Assembly (NCBI GenBank): GCA_964549385.1
Contig: CAZJVI010000001.1
Span: 1-53,184, forward strand
Origin: an uncultured Gammaproteobacteria bacterium
Lineage (GTDB): Bacteria; Patescibacteriota; Microgenomatia; Levybacterales; UBA12049
Direction of reading: 5' to 3'
DNA: 53,184 nt
Notes under the pieces: model-generated
Databases searched by the model: none
What the model saw: only the letters and a program-made list of their open reading frames with translations
Told to the model about the DNA's origin: nothing
Made by a program: the position numbers and the translations under genes
In this document: positions 25,435 through 35,741 of the stretch, in pieces
Layout: every line of letters starts with the position of its first letter
Position numbering within the stretch: position 1 is the stretch's first letter

Positions 25435-26465
25435 AAGTTATTCTCTTCTATGTATTTCAAAACCCTACCGAATCCTTCTTTATTACTTATTAATGGTTTC
25501 CATCCCATACTTTTTATTTTTTTAACATTGCTGTACCTGCTTTTGACACCTACAGGTTTGTCTTTATGCGTTTTTATGCTGGGTTTGTGACCTGAAACAT
25601 CAGAAAAAATTTGTATAACTTCCAAAAATGTTGTTAATTTGCCACTTCCGATATTTACCGCAGATCCATCCGAGATATTATCAAGTGCAACAAAAAATGC
25701 AGCGGTACAATCATCGATATGGACAAAATCTCTTCCTTGTTTTCCATCTCCCCATACTGATAATGGATTTTCACGCTTTACGAAACGTCTTGCAATAGCA
25801 GGAACAGGATATACAAGATCTTGATCTTCACCATACCCCGAAAAAGGCCGCACACATGCGACATGAACGCCATATTTTTTTGCCGCTATTCTACTCAAAT
25901 ATTCACCTGTTAATTTACTCCAACCATAGGTCAAATCAGGGATACCTACATAATCTTTAAAAGTTGAATGATGTTCCTTAAGAGCTGTTTTTTTCTTTGC
26001 ATTTTGTAATACTGTGGGATAAGCAGCACTTGAACTTGTGTATAAAATACGCTTGTGCTTCTTGAGAAAACGTGATACCCAAAGGAAAAAATATGAATCA
26101 ATTGCCAAATCCTTTGCAACAAGTAAAGGATCATTTTCTATTAATTCTCTTCCTCCGATGATTGATGCAAGATGAAAAACATCCGAAAAATCTGGTAGTA
26201 ACGGCGATGAATTATTCATCTCGTGTGATAATACTTCCATCAAATCGGCATGAATAAAATACAAAGAGGATTTTTTATTTTTATATAACGTAATACCTTT
26301 TTTATATTGCTGCTTCTTAAAATCTTTGGGAAGCCATTTTTCTGGCATTTTACCAGTAAAAAGATTATCAATAATCCAAACTTCAGATTCTCTAGTAAGA
26401 AGTTTCTGGGTAAGATTCCTTCCAACAAATCCGCATCCACCCGTAATTAGATATGGTTTTTTCAT
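25431..26465 (-). CDS. NAD-dependent sugar epimerase/dehydratase (extended SDR)
   Basis: ITGGCGFVGRNL, YTSSSAAY, YGWSKLTGE (YxxxK) and WGDGKQGRDFVHIDDC. The track start at 26480 is a TTG. The ATG at 26465 (MKKPYLITGG) is preferred. Confidence 0.85.
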   Translation of the reverse strand: MKKPYLITGGCGFVGRNLTQKLLTRESEVWIIDNLFTGKMPEKWLPKDFKKQQYKKGITLYKNKKSSLYFIHADLMEVLSHEMNNSSPLLPDFSDVFHLASIIGGRELIENDPLLVAKDLAIDSYFFLWVSRFLKKHKRILYTSSSAAYPTVLQNAKKKTALKEHHSTFKDYVGIPDLTYGWSKLTGEYLSRIAAKKYGVHVACVRPFSGYGEDQDLVYPVPAIARRFVKRENPLSVWGDGKQGRDFVHIDDCTAAFFVALDNISDGSAVNIGSGKLTTFLEVIQIFSDVSGHKPSIKTHKDKPVGVKSRYSNVKKIKSMGWKPLISNKEGFGRVLKYIEENNL

Positions 26466-26469
26466 ATTA

Positions 26470-27618
26470 TTAATTTGCAAACATTACTTGATATATATCT
26501 CGATAATGATATTTTTTATTTAATTTTATCGCATTCTGTGTATATTTATTATAGTTTTTGACAATTTTTCCAATAGCTGCCATTAAATCTTTTGCATCTC
26601 CATATTTTACTATCACTCCAGCATCTGTGCGTTCCAGTTCTTTCGAGAATTCAAATACGTTTGTGATTATTGTTGGTAAATTAAATTCTAAATATCTTTT
26701 TACTTTTCCAGGATCACCATATACTGATACATTGCTTTCATCTGGCACATACGGAGCTATCCCAAGAGTACAATTATATAATATTCTTTTGAATTCTTTT
26801 TCATCAACAAGTCCGTGGAAATTAATCGTGATAGGGCATTTTTTAGCACGGTTTTTGAAATATTTTTCATCTGGACCTGATCCAATTATCTCAAAAACGA
26901 TTTCAGGGAATTTCTCCGATAATAGCATTCCTGCATCAAAAATAAAATCAAGTCCTTGGCTTTTTTTTAATACTCCAATAAAACCAACTTTAATTTTTTT
27001 TAAGCCTTTTTCTTTTTTTGGAAGAATCTGTCCTGTTCCTATCGGAACAAACGGAAATTTTGCTGATTTTGATATTAAACCGCTGATTTTATGAACTTTA
27101 AGTAACCGTTCGTTAAGAAATATAGTGTTATCTGATTTTACAGCAACTTTATCAAATTGCCAGTATAGCCATCTCATTGTGCGGATTATCAAATTTTTAT
27201 GCTGTATCGGATAGTAATCCCAAACCCAAAAAACCGTTTTATTTACCAAGTGAAATTTTTCAAGAAGAATTCCAATAACAGCGGTAAATGCGTTAACACT
27301 AAAAAAGGTATCAACGTTGCCATATGTTTTTTTTATCATTACTATTTTTTTAACCATTTGCAAAGCATTAAGAAGAGATCTTATTGGGATAAATAAAAAA
27401 ACCAAAGATGCGGGAACATTCATATAAAAAAGATATTCTTCCTGCTGCAATTTACCTTTTCTATATGTAGTAAATTTATTTTGACTTTTTTTGCCGAATG
27501 TATGGAAAGCAAGAGAAAATAAATAAACACTATCAAAATTCTCAAGTAGATAATCTAATATATGCCCTGAATTTTCATATGGAGAATAATTCACGTAGAT
27601 AATAGATCTTTTATCCAT
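26470..27618 (-). CDS. Glycosyltransferase, GT-B fold (GT4-like, divergent)
   Basis: 382 aa. FEIIGSGPDE and GIAPYVPDESNVSVYGDPGKVKRYLEFNLPTIITN resemble the donor-binding half of GT-B enzymes. Confidence 0.55.
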   Translation of the reverse strand: MDKRSIIYVNYSPYENSGHILDYLLENFDSVYLFSLAFHTFGKKSQNKFTTYRKGKLQQEEYLFYMNVPASLVFLFIPIRSLLNALQMVKKIVMIKKTYGNVDTFFSVNAFTAVIGILLEKFHLVNKTVFWVWDYYPIQHKNLIIRTMRWLYWQFDKVAVKSDNTIFLNERLLKVHKISGLISKSAKFPFVPIGTGQILPKKEKGLKKIKVGFIGVLKKSQGLDFIFDAGMLLSEKFPEIVFEIIGSGPDEKYFKNRAKKCPITINFHGLVDEKEFKRILYNCTLGIAPYVPDESNVSVYGDPGKVKRYLEFNLPTIITNVFEFSKELERTDAGVIVKYGDAKDLMAAIGKIVKNYNKYTQNAIKLNKKYHYRDIYQVMFAN

Positions 27619-28606
27619 ATTTTTTTGTTTTTTTTACTTGTTGATCTACCCATTGATACGTTTTATTCAATCCTGCCTCCAGCGAAGTTTCTGGCTGCCA
27701 ATTAAGTACTTTCTTTAAATTGGTGTTATCGGAATTTCTTCCACGTACTCCTTGGGGTCCTTCAACATGTTTTATCTTTATTTTTATCCCGGCGATATCC
27801 GCAACTAATTTTGCTAAATCGTTAATACTTATTAGTCTGTCTTGACCTATATTGAGTGGCTCAGAAAAATTTGATCTCATCAGACGATAAATACCTTCTA
27901 CACAATCGTCTATATAGCAAAAAGACCGTGTCTGTTTTCCGTCTCCCCAAATATCAATTTCATAATTACCGGTAAGTTTTGCAACTGCTATTTTTCGACT
28001 GATAGCCGCAGGAGCTTTCTCGCGTCCACCTTCCCAACTTCCAAAAGGCCCATAAATATTATGAAACCGTGCAATACGCGTTTCTAATCCATAATCTTTT
28101 AAATGATGATGCAGCATAATTTCAGTGACAAGCTTCTCCCATCCATATGCATCTTGCGGTTGAGCTGGATACGCATCGCTTTCTTTTAACGAAACTTTTT
28201 TTGTCGTCTCCTGTCTATATTCAGGATATACACAAGCCGACGATGCAAAAAAATATCTTTTTACATTATTTTCTAAAGCCCCTTCCAATGTATGAGTATT
28301 AATTAGGATATTATTTTTTAATATATCTGCATTATGATAAGAAATATATCCCATTCCTCCCATATCGGCAGCAAGCGCATACACTTCATCAATTCCACCT
28401 GTCGCCCGCAGACTATTATCCAATCTTCTTAAGTCTAAAATTTTAAATTCATCGGCATATGTTTTTTCATACTCAGGATATTTGATATCCACTCCTCTTA
28501 CCCAATAACCTTTTTTCTTTAAAAACTTAACTAAATTATGACCGATAAATCCACCTGCCCCTGTCACTAAAACTTTTTTTGTGTTTTTTTTATTTTTTGT
28601 ATTCAT
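27611..28606 (-). CDS. GDP-mannose 3,5-epimerase-like extended SDR
   Basis: VTGAGGFIGHNL, LAADMGGMGYI, FFASSACVYPEYRQ, PQDAYGWEKL, RFHNIYGPFGSWEGGREKAPAA, WGDGKQTRSFCYIDDCVEG and GPQGVRGRNSDN are near-colinear with the plant GME sequence as I remember it. Confidence 0.75.
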   Translation of the reverse strand: MNTKNKKNTKKVLVTGAGGFIGHNLVKFLKKKGYWVRGVDIKYPEYEKTYADEFKILDLRRLDNSLRATGGIDEVYALAADMGGMGYISYHNADILKNNILINTHTLEGALENNVKRYFFASSACVYPEYRQETTKKVSLKESDAYPAQPQDAYGWEKLVTEIMLHHHLKDYGLETRIARFHNIYGPFGSWEGGREKAPAAISRKIAVAKLTGNYEIDIWGDGKQTRSFCYIDDCVEGIYRLMRSNFSEPLNIGQDRLISINDLAKLVADIAGIKIKIKHVEGPQGVRGRNSDNTNLKKVLNWQPETSLEAGLNKTYQWVDQQVKKTKKYG

Positions 28607-28614
28607 TATTTATA

Positions 28615-29619
28615 TTATAATATTCCTTCATCTTTTAACCACGCTGCTGTCAACTGAGTTCCTTTTTTGAAGGAAATATTTGATTTATATCTAATTTCTT
28701 TTTTTGCTCTTGAAACATCAAAATAGAAATTGGATGTCATTGCACGGACTCTTCCTGGATAGAATGGCAGACGAGTGCCGAATAATCTATTGGTAAAATC
28801 TGTTATATAAGCAATAGTATACCCACATATTTTTGGTACACGCATTTTGGTGGGTTTCTTACCTATACTTTCTGCTACATTTTTGACTACTTCATTTAAT
28901 GTGGGCGCATTTTCTACTCCCATGATATATGTACCTTCCTTTAATTTACTTTTTTGTGCTTGTATTACACCTTTCACCAAATCATCAACGTAAATATAAT
29001 CTAATTTATTTTTACCATTACCGATAAAGAAAAAATATCCTTTTTTCACTGCTTTGTAAAGAGGTAAAATATTTTTTTTATCTCCTGGTCCATAAACACT
29101 TGTCGGGCGGATAATACTATATGGTATACCATATTTCTCGTACGCTTTTTTAACTACTTTTTCACCTTCCCATTTTGATTCTCCATAGAAATCACCATAA
29201 TTTTCTTTTGAATTTTCATTGAGTTTTTTCATATCACCAACATATGCTGGAAGTCCCAATACTGCAACACTTGAAAAGGATACAAATTTTTTAATATTAT
29301 TTTTTTTGACAGCATCAAGAAGATTTTGAGTACCATCTACATTTATCTCAAAATAATCATCGTGCGTTTTCCCATCAAAACCTATTCGTGCCGCAAGATG
29401 ATAAATGACATCGACATCTTTTACCGCTTTTTTGACTGCCGCTTTATCCCGTATATCTCCCCACAAAATATCAAAATCTTTTTTTGGTAAATTTTCTAAC
29501 GATTCCCCTGGAAGAATAAATAAACGAAGATTTTTCAAAGGCACTCCATCTTTTAAAAGTTGGCTGACTAAATGACTGCCGATAAAACCTGAAGCTCCTG
29601 TTATTAAAATTTTTCCCAT
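28615..29619 (-). CDS. NAD-dependent sugar epimerase/dehydratase (extended SDR)
   Basis: ITGASGFIGSHL, IYHLAA, FSSVAVLG and YGESKWEGE (YxxxK). Confidence 0.85.
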   Translation of the reverse strand: MGKILITGASGFIGSHLVSQLLKDGVPLKNLRLFILPGESLENLPKKDFDILWGDIRDKAAVKKAVKDVDVIYHLAARIGFDGKTHDDYFEINVDGTQNLLDAVKKNNIKKFVSFSSVAVLGLPAYVGDMKKLNENSKENYGDFYGESKWEGEKVVKKAYEKYGIPYSIIRPTSVYGPGDKKNILPLYKAVKKGYFFFIGNGKNKLDYIYVDDLVKGVIQAQKSKLKEGTYIMGVENAPTLNEVVKNVAESIGKKPTKMRVPKICGYTIAYITDFTNRLFGTRLPFYPGRVRAMTSNFYFDVSRAKKEIRYKSNISFKKGTQLTAAWLKDEGIL

Positions 29620-29671
29620 GCAATAAATGATTATATAAGAAGAACCGTCACAATTCTAGATATAACTTAAT

Positions 29672-30910
29672 CTATCTAATAGTTCGTTTCTTTCTTTTAA
29701 TTTTTTTCTTTTCTTCGCTTATAGACACGTATAACTTGTTTCCGATAGGCAATGCAAGATTTTCTATAAACCGATGTATAAGATATCCTCCGCCGATAAT
29801 CAATACTAAAGATATAGCAAACATTACAGCAACTGACCTATTATATGCGTTAAAATAATTTTGCAGCTGCAAAAAGAGAAAACTTGAAAATGAACAAAGG
29901 ACAACAACATGCAGTACATAAACAGAATAAGATATTCTTCCTAAAAATAAAAATATCTTCATAGATAAAAGCCTTTGAAATATTCGGGACATCAGCAAGC
30001 TCAGAATAATTAATGCGGCACCCAGTACATGATAAAGACCTAATGCAGTTAATATCTGATTTGTAGGAAGAAACGCGTAGATTGTATTATTTAGCAGTTC
30101 CGATGAAGCCCCTAATGGATAAGAACCCAGAAAGATTCCCAAACAAAACGCAATAAAGATAACAATTCTTCTATATAAAAATTTCGGTATTTTTTTATTA
30201 ACAAAAATGTCACAAAGGAATACCCCTACAATGAAAAGATAAAGATATGATTGGCTTAAAAGAATAATTAATAAAAGATAAATATATATTCTCTTGCGCA
30301 TCGTACCAAATAAAGCAAGTGTAGATACAGTAACCAGAGCACCTATAAAAAATAAGGGAATAACATATAAAGGCGTATCATACGTCCAAGGATAATTTAG
30401 AAAGAACATACCGAAAAATGATTGAGACAATGCGTCATATATATTAGGCGCAAATGTCCATATCGCTTTTAACCACCAATAAGACTTAGAAATAAATGAG
30501 ACTTGCTCATTGAAGTTGAAATGATTTAGCAAAATGAAGTAGGCAAGCAAGTTGCAAAAGAGAATTGGAGGAAGCAACCGAAAATATCTAAGTACCGCCG
30601 ATTTTTGTAGTTGATTGATATCATGTTTATGAAAATACTTAATACTTAAAACAAAACCACTAAGAATAACAAAAAGACATACTGCCAAACTTCCATTTAA
30701 AAGAATTGATAATGGTGTATTAAAAAAAATGAGTTCTATATGACTTTTTGTGTGAAATTCTTCTGGTGATTTCGAAAAAACAGCTGGATAAAAAGATAAT
30801 GCATAATGATTAAAAACAACAAGTATTGCGGCAATACCACGGAGACCATCTAAATAGTCTATCCGTATTTTTTCTTCTTTTTTGTAGACTTTCTTTTTTT
30901 TCACATTCAA
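29672..30910 (-). CDS. Acyltransferase family 3 membrane O-acyltransferase (OafA/WecH-like)
   Basis: YLDGLRGIAAILVVFNHY plus about 10 TM helices. The start is non-ATG: TTG at 30910 (a TTGA overlap with the upstream stop) or GTG at 30904. Confidence 0.85.
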   Translation of the reverse strand: MNVKKKKVYKKEEKIRIDYLDGLRGIAAILVVFNHYALSFYPAVFSKSPEEFHTKSHIELIFFNTPLSILLNGSLAVCLFVILSGFVLSIKYFHKHDINQLQKSAVLRYFRLLPPILFCNLLAYFILLNHFNFNEQVSFISKSYWWLKAIWTFAPNIYDALSQSFFGMFFLNYPWTYDTPLYVIPLFFIGALVTVSTLALFGTMRKRIYIYLLLIILLSQSYLYLFIVGVFLCDIFVNKKIPKFLYRRIVIFIAFCLGIFLGSYPLGASSELLNNTIYAFLPTNQILTALGLYHVLGAALIILSLLMSRIFQRLLSMKIFLFLGRISYSVYVLHVVVLCSFSSFLFLQLQNYFNAYNRSVAVMFAISLVLIIGGGYLIHRFIENLALPIGNKLYVSISEEKKKIKRKKRTIR

Positions 30911-32037
30911 TCGCTATACGTTGATAAAATTATATCAATATTTTTTTCGCTATATCGTTTGACTGCAAATGTTCTCGCGTTTTTACTTAATTTAGCAAGT
31001 AGCTGTTTATCTTTTTCCAAAGTCATAATTGCTTGCGCAATATTTTTAGGAGTTACTGTTATCAGTCTTCCGACTGTTTCATCCATCGCTTCAGGAATTG
31101 CACCCCTATTTGATCCAATAACGGGAATCCCGCAAGAAAGTGCTTCAAGAATTACTCTGCCGAATCCTTCATCATGTGTCGATGGAATAATAACGGCATC
31201 TGCAGCGTTATAATAGAGAGGCAATTTTTTATTATCAATTGCGCCAATGAAAATAATTTTTCCATCTCTTTTTTGTGCGGCTTTTTCTACTTCATCATGC
31301 ATGGGTCCATCTCCTGCGATAACTATTTTTACCGCATTTGAAACATCTTTCCCCGCATTTATTAACTCTCGGACTCCCTTAATTTCAATCAACCTTCCTA
31401 CAAATAAAATGATAAACGGATAGGCGAGATTTAATTCACGCTTTATTTTTTCTTTATCCATAGGACGGAAAAGATCCACATTTACCCAATAAATAAACCG
31501 TTTAACTTTTTCTGAAGGGACTCCTAATTTTTTAATTTCTTCGACAGATTGATCAGATAAACAAATAGTAACTGAAGCATTTGAAAAAATCCATTTTGCA
31601 AAATTATGATATAAACCACTTGCAGGGAAATGATAAAGATTATGAGTAGAAACGACAACTCTTTTACGAAAAATCTTTGCCCAAAAAACACCGATAAAAC
31701 CAGCTACCAATCCATGAGCGTGAATTACGTCTGGATTGTTAATTACTAAACAAACTGGTGTTGCAAAAAATAATCCTGGAACAAGATAAAGAAACTCAAT
31801 AATAGGACTTGTGACAAACTTATAAAAAAATCCAGGGATCCATGGAAGTCGGACAATCGTTATATTCTTTTTTTGCTTATCGAGAAATTTCCACGGTGCC
31901 TTTTTGACCAACGGACGGTATGTGAGGACAAAAACTGTATGTCTTTTTTTTGCCAAACCCTCAACCAAATCTGTTAAATGTGTCTCGACACCACCAACGT
32001 TGGGTGCAAAATGTACAGACAATTGAAGAATTTTCAT
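30907..32037 (-). CDS. Glycosyltransferase family 4
   Basis: MKILQLSVHFAPNVGGVETHL and IIPSTHDEGFGRVILEALSCGIPVIGSNRGAIPEA. Confidence 0.9.
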   Translation of the reverse strand: MKILQLSVHFAPNVGGVETHLTDLVEGLAKKRHTVFVLTYRPLVKKAPWKFLDKQKKNITIVRLPWIPGFFYKFVTSPIIEFLYLVPGLFFATPVCLVINNPDVIHAHGLVAGFIGVFWAKIFRKRVVVSTHNLYHFPASGLYHNFAKWIFSNASVTICLSDQSVEEIKKLGVPSEKVKRFIYWVNVDLFRPMDKEKIKRELNLAYPFIILFVGRLIEIKGVRELINAGKDVSNAVKIVIAGDGPMHDEVEKAAQKRDGKIIFIGAIDNKKLPLYYNAADAVIIPSTHDEGFGRVILEALSCGIPVIGSNRGAIPEAMDETVGRLITVTPKNIAQAIMTLEKDKQLLAKLSKNARTFAVKRYSEKNIDIILSTYSD

Positions 32038-32864
32038 AGATTTTTTATTCTTCCCACAAAAAAACCGAATCCACCACTTGTTAATTCAACAGCAAACATA
32101 ACAAACATTGCACTACTCAATATAGGGTGACCAAGTAATTTTCTCCAATTTTTATAGAAGACAGGCCGTAAAAAATAAATAGTTTTTGCGCTTACCGGAG
32201 ATATATTATGTTTCTTTAAATACCGGTGTGACGTTAATGCATAATAATATTTCTTTTTACCAAGCTGCAATAACGAGGGAACTCTTTCATAATGATAAAT
32301 AACTGATGGTATCCTCGAGGTCTTGTATCCTTTTTTTATCACATTTTCAGGTAAATCCCAATCTTCAGGACCGGTTATCGATTCATCATATCCTCCAACC
32401 GACTCGAAAGCTTTACGCGAAAAAAATCGTGACGCATCAGTTGTGGTATCCCCAACTTCATTATAAAAAGACCGCTCATGAGCTTTCACTTTTTCCCAAA
32501 ATAATTTTACCTTTGACTGTTCTGGAACCGTAACTGCACCAACTTCTTTATTCTGTGTAATCTTTTCTATGCACTCTTCAACAACGCGGGCAGACAATTC
32601 CATATCCGCATCAAGAAACATGAAGTAATCACCCTTTGCTTTTTTGGCACCAAAATTGCGCTGTGTACTCCGCTCGGGTCCTTTGGTAAATATGTGCTTT
32701 GTATATTTTTGGGCAATTTTTAGTGTTTTATCAGTTGAATTATTGTCAACAACAATAAGTTCAATACGCTTGTAGGTCTGTTTTTTAACACTCTTCAACA
32801 AGCGCTCAATAACCTCGGATTCATTTTTGCTAGTAATAATTATAGAAACTAACGGCTTTAACAT
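32034..32864 (-). CDS. Glycosyltransferase family 2 (paralogue of 16219..17052)
   Basis: VSIIITSKNESEVIERLLKSVKKQTYKRIELIVVDNNSTDKT and FTKGPERSTQRNFGAKKAKGDYFMFLDADMEL. A perfect TATAAT (minus-strand reading of 32873-32878) lies 8 nt upstream of the ATG. Confidence 0.85.
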   Translation of the reverse strand: MLKPLVSIIITSKNESEVIERLLKSVKKQTYKRIELIVVDNNSTDKTLKIAQKYTKHIFTKGPERSTQRNFGAKKAKGDYFMFLDADMELSARVVEECIEKITQNKEVGAVTVPEQSKVKLFWEKVKAHERSFYNEVGDTTTDASRFFSRKAFESVGGYDESITGPEDWDLPENVIKKGYKTSRIPSVIYHYERVPSLLQLGKKKYYYALTSHRYLKKHNISPVSAKTIYFLRPVFYKNWRKLLGHPILSSAMFVMFAVELTSGGFGFFVGRIKNL

Positions 32865-32928
32865 TACTTAACATTATACTATACTATCTGGACAATTTGT
32901 ATTACAATAGAACAGAATTTATATTGCC

Positions 32929-34731
32929 ATGACAAGCAAAGCAAAAGCATTTGTTCTTTTTATTCTTCCAATTATTTTTGTCGCCTTCTTAGTTCTTTGG
33001 CCTAGTTTCAATTTACATTTAACCGGCGACGATTATTTAGGATTATGGCGATATAATTATTATCTCAGTGGAAGGACAACAATTCCCCATGATTGGATGG
33101 GTCTAAAAACTAATTGGAATAATATAAATTATTTTCTGACCGACTACGGCCCACAAGACACATTTACCGCAATTATTCATCATTTTTTTGGTTTTCAGCC
33201 GCAATATTATTATTTCTTTTCATTTATTTTGCGTATTCTTGCCGCTTGCTCTTTTTTCCCACTTATCTATCTTTTGACCAAAAATAAAATTGCCGCTTAT
33301 TGTACATCGCTTTTTTTTGCAATTACAACCGCAGGCCTTCAAACAACTGATTGGTCTTTCAATATGCCTTCATACCTTGCGATATCGATTATGAATATGT
33401 TCTTTTTAACATATATTAAATCCAAACAAAAACATTCAGCACGCTTGTTTATCCTTTCTTTATTTATTTTATATTTCGCGGTTATAGCGCAACCAATTCG
33501 GATGACATTTTTGCCACTGTGCGCTGTAATTATTGAACTATTCTTTTTTATTCGAAATAAGATAACTATCAAATCTTTTTTTATATCACTTCTTAGAATA
33601 ATATTATTTATCGGAGTGCTTCTTTTTATCTATTTCACAGGTTTTATAGGAGATAGTGTCGGTGCAGGCGAAACATTTTATTATCGAACTCATATCGGCT
33701 GGCATGTTCTTACGAGCAATCTTTCATATCTCCATCCTTACTTTTCTCAGGGACAATTTCAGATACTTGCGTACCCTATCGCTATGTTTGGCTCCTTAAT
33801 TTTTCCAACTAATATCATTCCTTCAACGTATGAGATACTTACTCCTTCAAAAGCAATAATAAAACTTCTGATGCCGCTTTTTCTTTTATTTGCTCTTCTT
33901 GCAATTGCATTTTGGAAAAAGAAAAGAGTGAGACATATTCCATATGCTGTTTTCCCGATTACAATTGGTCTCACATGGAGTGTATTTGTTTACCTAACAT
34001 TTGAAACAATTCTTGTAAAATCACAATTCACAACAATGTTGCTTGGAGGATATGCAATTATTTTGCTCTTCTCCATTTTTGTGAAACGCTTTCGTGATAA
34101 AACTATTGCGATTGGGATGCTCATCGGCATACTAATTACGTTTCTTTCTTTCATGCCAGCATGGGTAAGAACTCCCACTTTTATGTATGATTCAGCAGGC
34201 CGATACCTTATTCTGCCTGCATCAGGATTTAGCATACTTTTAGGTACACTTCTGGGAAGTGTGCGAAGTTATAATAACAAACGCATTATCGCCATTTTAT
34301 TCGTTGCTCTTTTTGCTATTCAGGCGTTTACAACTTTTACTTATATTTATCATTTATCAACGGTCCGCAGTATTCAAATGACAGAAAGTATTAGGAAATC
34401 GATTCCTTACGAAAAAGATTTTAATGATCCCAATAAACCAATTGTATATTACTTTCAACCATCCAGTTCTGAAATATTACATCATTCACTACTTTTTGGT
34501 TTACCTGTCATCATGGGTTTTCAATATAATTTTTATAATATATGGCATTTTGTCTATACTGATAACTGGCAAGAGGTTGTTGATGCGTATCAGAATGGTT
34601 CATCACTGAAAAGATTTTCTATTCCTGTCAAAAAAGTCCCTCTTTCAGATATTTATTCATTCCAGCTTGATGGAGATCATCTTGTTAATACAACTGAGCA
34701 AACAAGAGAACAATTAAAAACAGTAAAATAG
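32929..34731 (+). CDS. Polytopic membrane protein, GT-C-like (unclassified)
   Basis: 600 aa with about 12 TM helices. HLTGDDYLGLW follows TM1 and a C-terminal soluble domain follows the TM region. This is the general GT-C layout, and I recognise no specific family. Confidence 0.45.
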   Translation: MTSKAKAFVLFILPIIFVAFLVLWPSFNLHLTGDDYLGLWRYNYYLSGRTTIPHDWMGLKTNWNNINYFLTDYGPQDTFTAIIHHFFGFQPQYYYFFSFILRILAACSFFPLIYLLTKNKIAAYCTSLFFAITTAGLQTTDWSFNMPSYLAISIMNMFFLTYIKSKQKHSARLFILSLFILYFAVIAQPIRMTFLPLCAVIIELFFFIRNKITIKSFFISLLRIILFIGVLLFIYFTGFIGDSVGAGETFYYRTHIGWHVLTSNLSYLHPYFSQGQFQILAYPIAMFGSLIFPTNIIPSTYEILTPSKAIIKLLMPLFLLFALLAIAFWKKKRVRHIPYAVFPITIGLTWSVFVYLTFETILVKSQFTTMLLGGYAIILLFSIFVKRFRDKTIAIGMLIGILITFLSFMPAWVRTPTFMYDSAGRYLILPASGFSILLGTLLGSVRSYNNKRIIAILFVALFAIQAFTTFTYIYHLSTVRSIQMTESIRKSIPYEKDFNDPNKPIVYYFQPSSSEILHHSLLFGLPVIMGFQYNFYNIWHFVYTDNWQEVVDAYQNGSSLKRFSIPVKKVPLSDIYSFQLDGDHLVNTTEQTREQLKTVK

Positions 34732-34732
34732 A

Positions 34733-35734
34733 ATGAAACAAATTAAAAAAATAAAAAAAACAAAAATAAGTGACGTTATTCTTTCCGTTATCTGCGTTGT
34801 CCAAAACGATGAAGACATTATTCAAGAACGCATAAAAGAAATTAATTCGGCTCTCAAAAAATTATCAATTAATTATGAAATTTTGATCTTGGATAATAAT
34901 TCACAGGATAAAACTATTGAAATTGTACGAAAAATGCAAAAAACAATACCGTTTATCCGCATTATCATTTTATCAAAAACGTATGATATGGAAATTACAA
35001 CAACAGCTGGACTTGATAACTGCATCGGGGATTATGCAATACTTTTTAATCTTTATAGGGACCCACTAACGTTTTTTCTTGATATCACAAAAAAACTCTA
35101 TGAAAATGTTGATATTATTATCGGCACAACAACAGAACAAGTTATTCCATATGGAGTTGGGAGCAGATTTTTTCTCTGGATATTAGAAAAAATATCCACA
35201 CACAATTTTTCGTATAGGTCTAATTATTTACTCGCTGTAAGCAGAAAAGCAATCAATGCAATTATCAGGACACGCAGAAAAAGCAGAAATTTCAGTTATA
35301 TCAATTCACTTATTGGTTTAAAAAAATACATATTATTATATACACCACAAGATAAATATTTGGATAGAATAAAATCAGAAAACTTCTTTACATTATTTAT
35401 TAAAGTAACAGATATTATTATTTCTAATTCGTATAAGCCTATCCGCTTTCTAACATTCTTTGGGATAGCCGCAAGTTTTCTTTTTCTGCTTTATGTTATC
35501 GTTATTAGCATTATCTATTTTTTTATAAACAGATCCATTGCGCCGCAAGGATGGATAAGTCTCGCCTTTGTTATGGGTGCGATGTTCTTATTACTTTTTT
35601 CAATACTTACCCTTATCTCTGAATATCTAATAAGAACTCTTCATGAAACTCGCAATGAGCCTCTCTATTTTATTTCTGACGAAATTGATCAATCTGTTAT
35701 TCTCTCTGAAGAAAATAAATTAAATATCGTATAA
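34733..35734 (+). CDS. GT2 with GtrB-like architecture (two C-terminal TM helices) but degenerate DxD position
   Basis: LSVICVVQNDEDII and ILILDNNSQDKT. GDYAILFNLYRDP sits where GtrB-type enzymes have DADLQDP. C-terminal TM helices are FFGIAASFLFLLYVIVISIIYFF and LAFVMGAMFLLLFSILTLISEYL. Confidence 0.65.
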   Translation: MKQIKKIKKTKISDVILSVICVVQNDEDIIQERIKEINSALKKLSINYEILILDNNSQDKTIEIVRKMQKTIPFIRIIILSKTYDMEITTTAGLDNCIGDYAILFNLYRDPLTFFLDITKKLYENVDIIIGTTTEQVIPYGVGSRFFLWILEKISTHNFSYRSNYLLAVSRKAINAIIRTRRKSRNFSYINSLIGLKKYILLYTPQDKYLDRIKSENFFTLFIKVTDIIISNSYKPIRFLTFFGIAASFLFLLYVIVISIIYFFINRSIAPQGWISLAFVMGAMFLLLFSILTLISEYLIRTLHETRNEPLYFISDEIDQSVILSEENKLNIV

Positions 35735-35741
35735 TCTTATT

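Noticed and set aside
26558-27094. 178-aa plus-strand ORF, and similar antisense or nested ORFs (1453-1644, 12126-12458, 18511-18963, 30959-31213, 6200-7140, among others)
   Set aside because: All lie inside longer ORFs that carry recognisable enzyme or GT-C motifs. Their translations are low-complexity with no motifs. They are typical shadow frames of AT-rich DNA.
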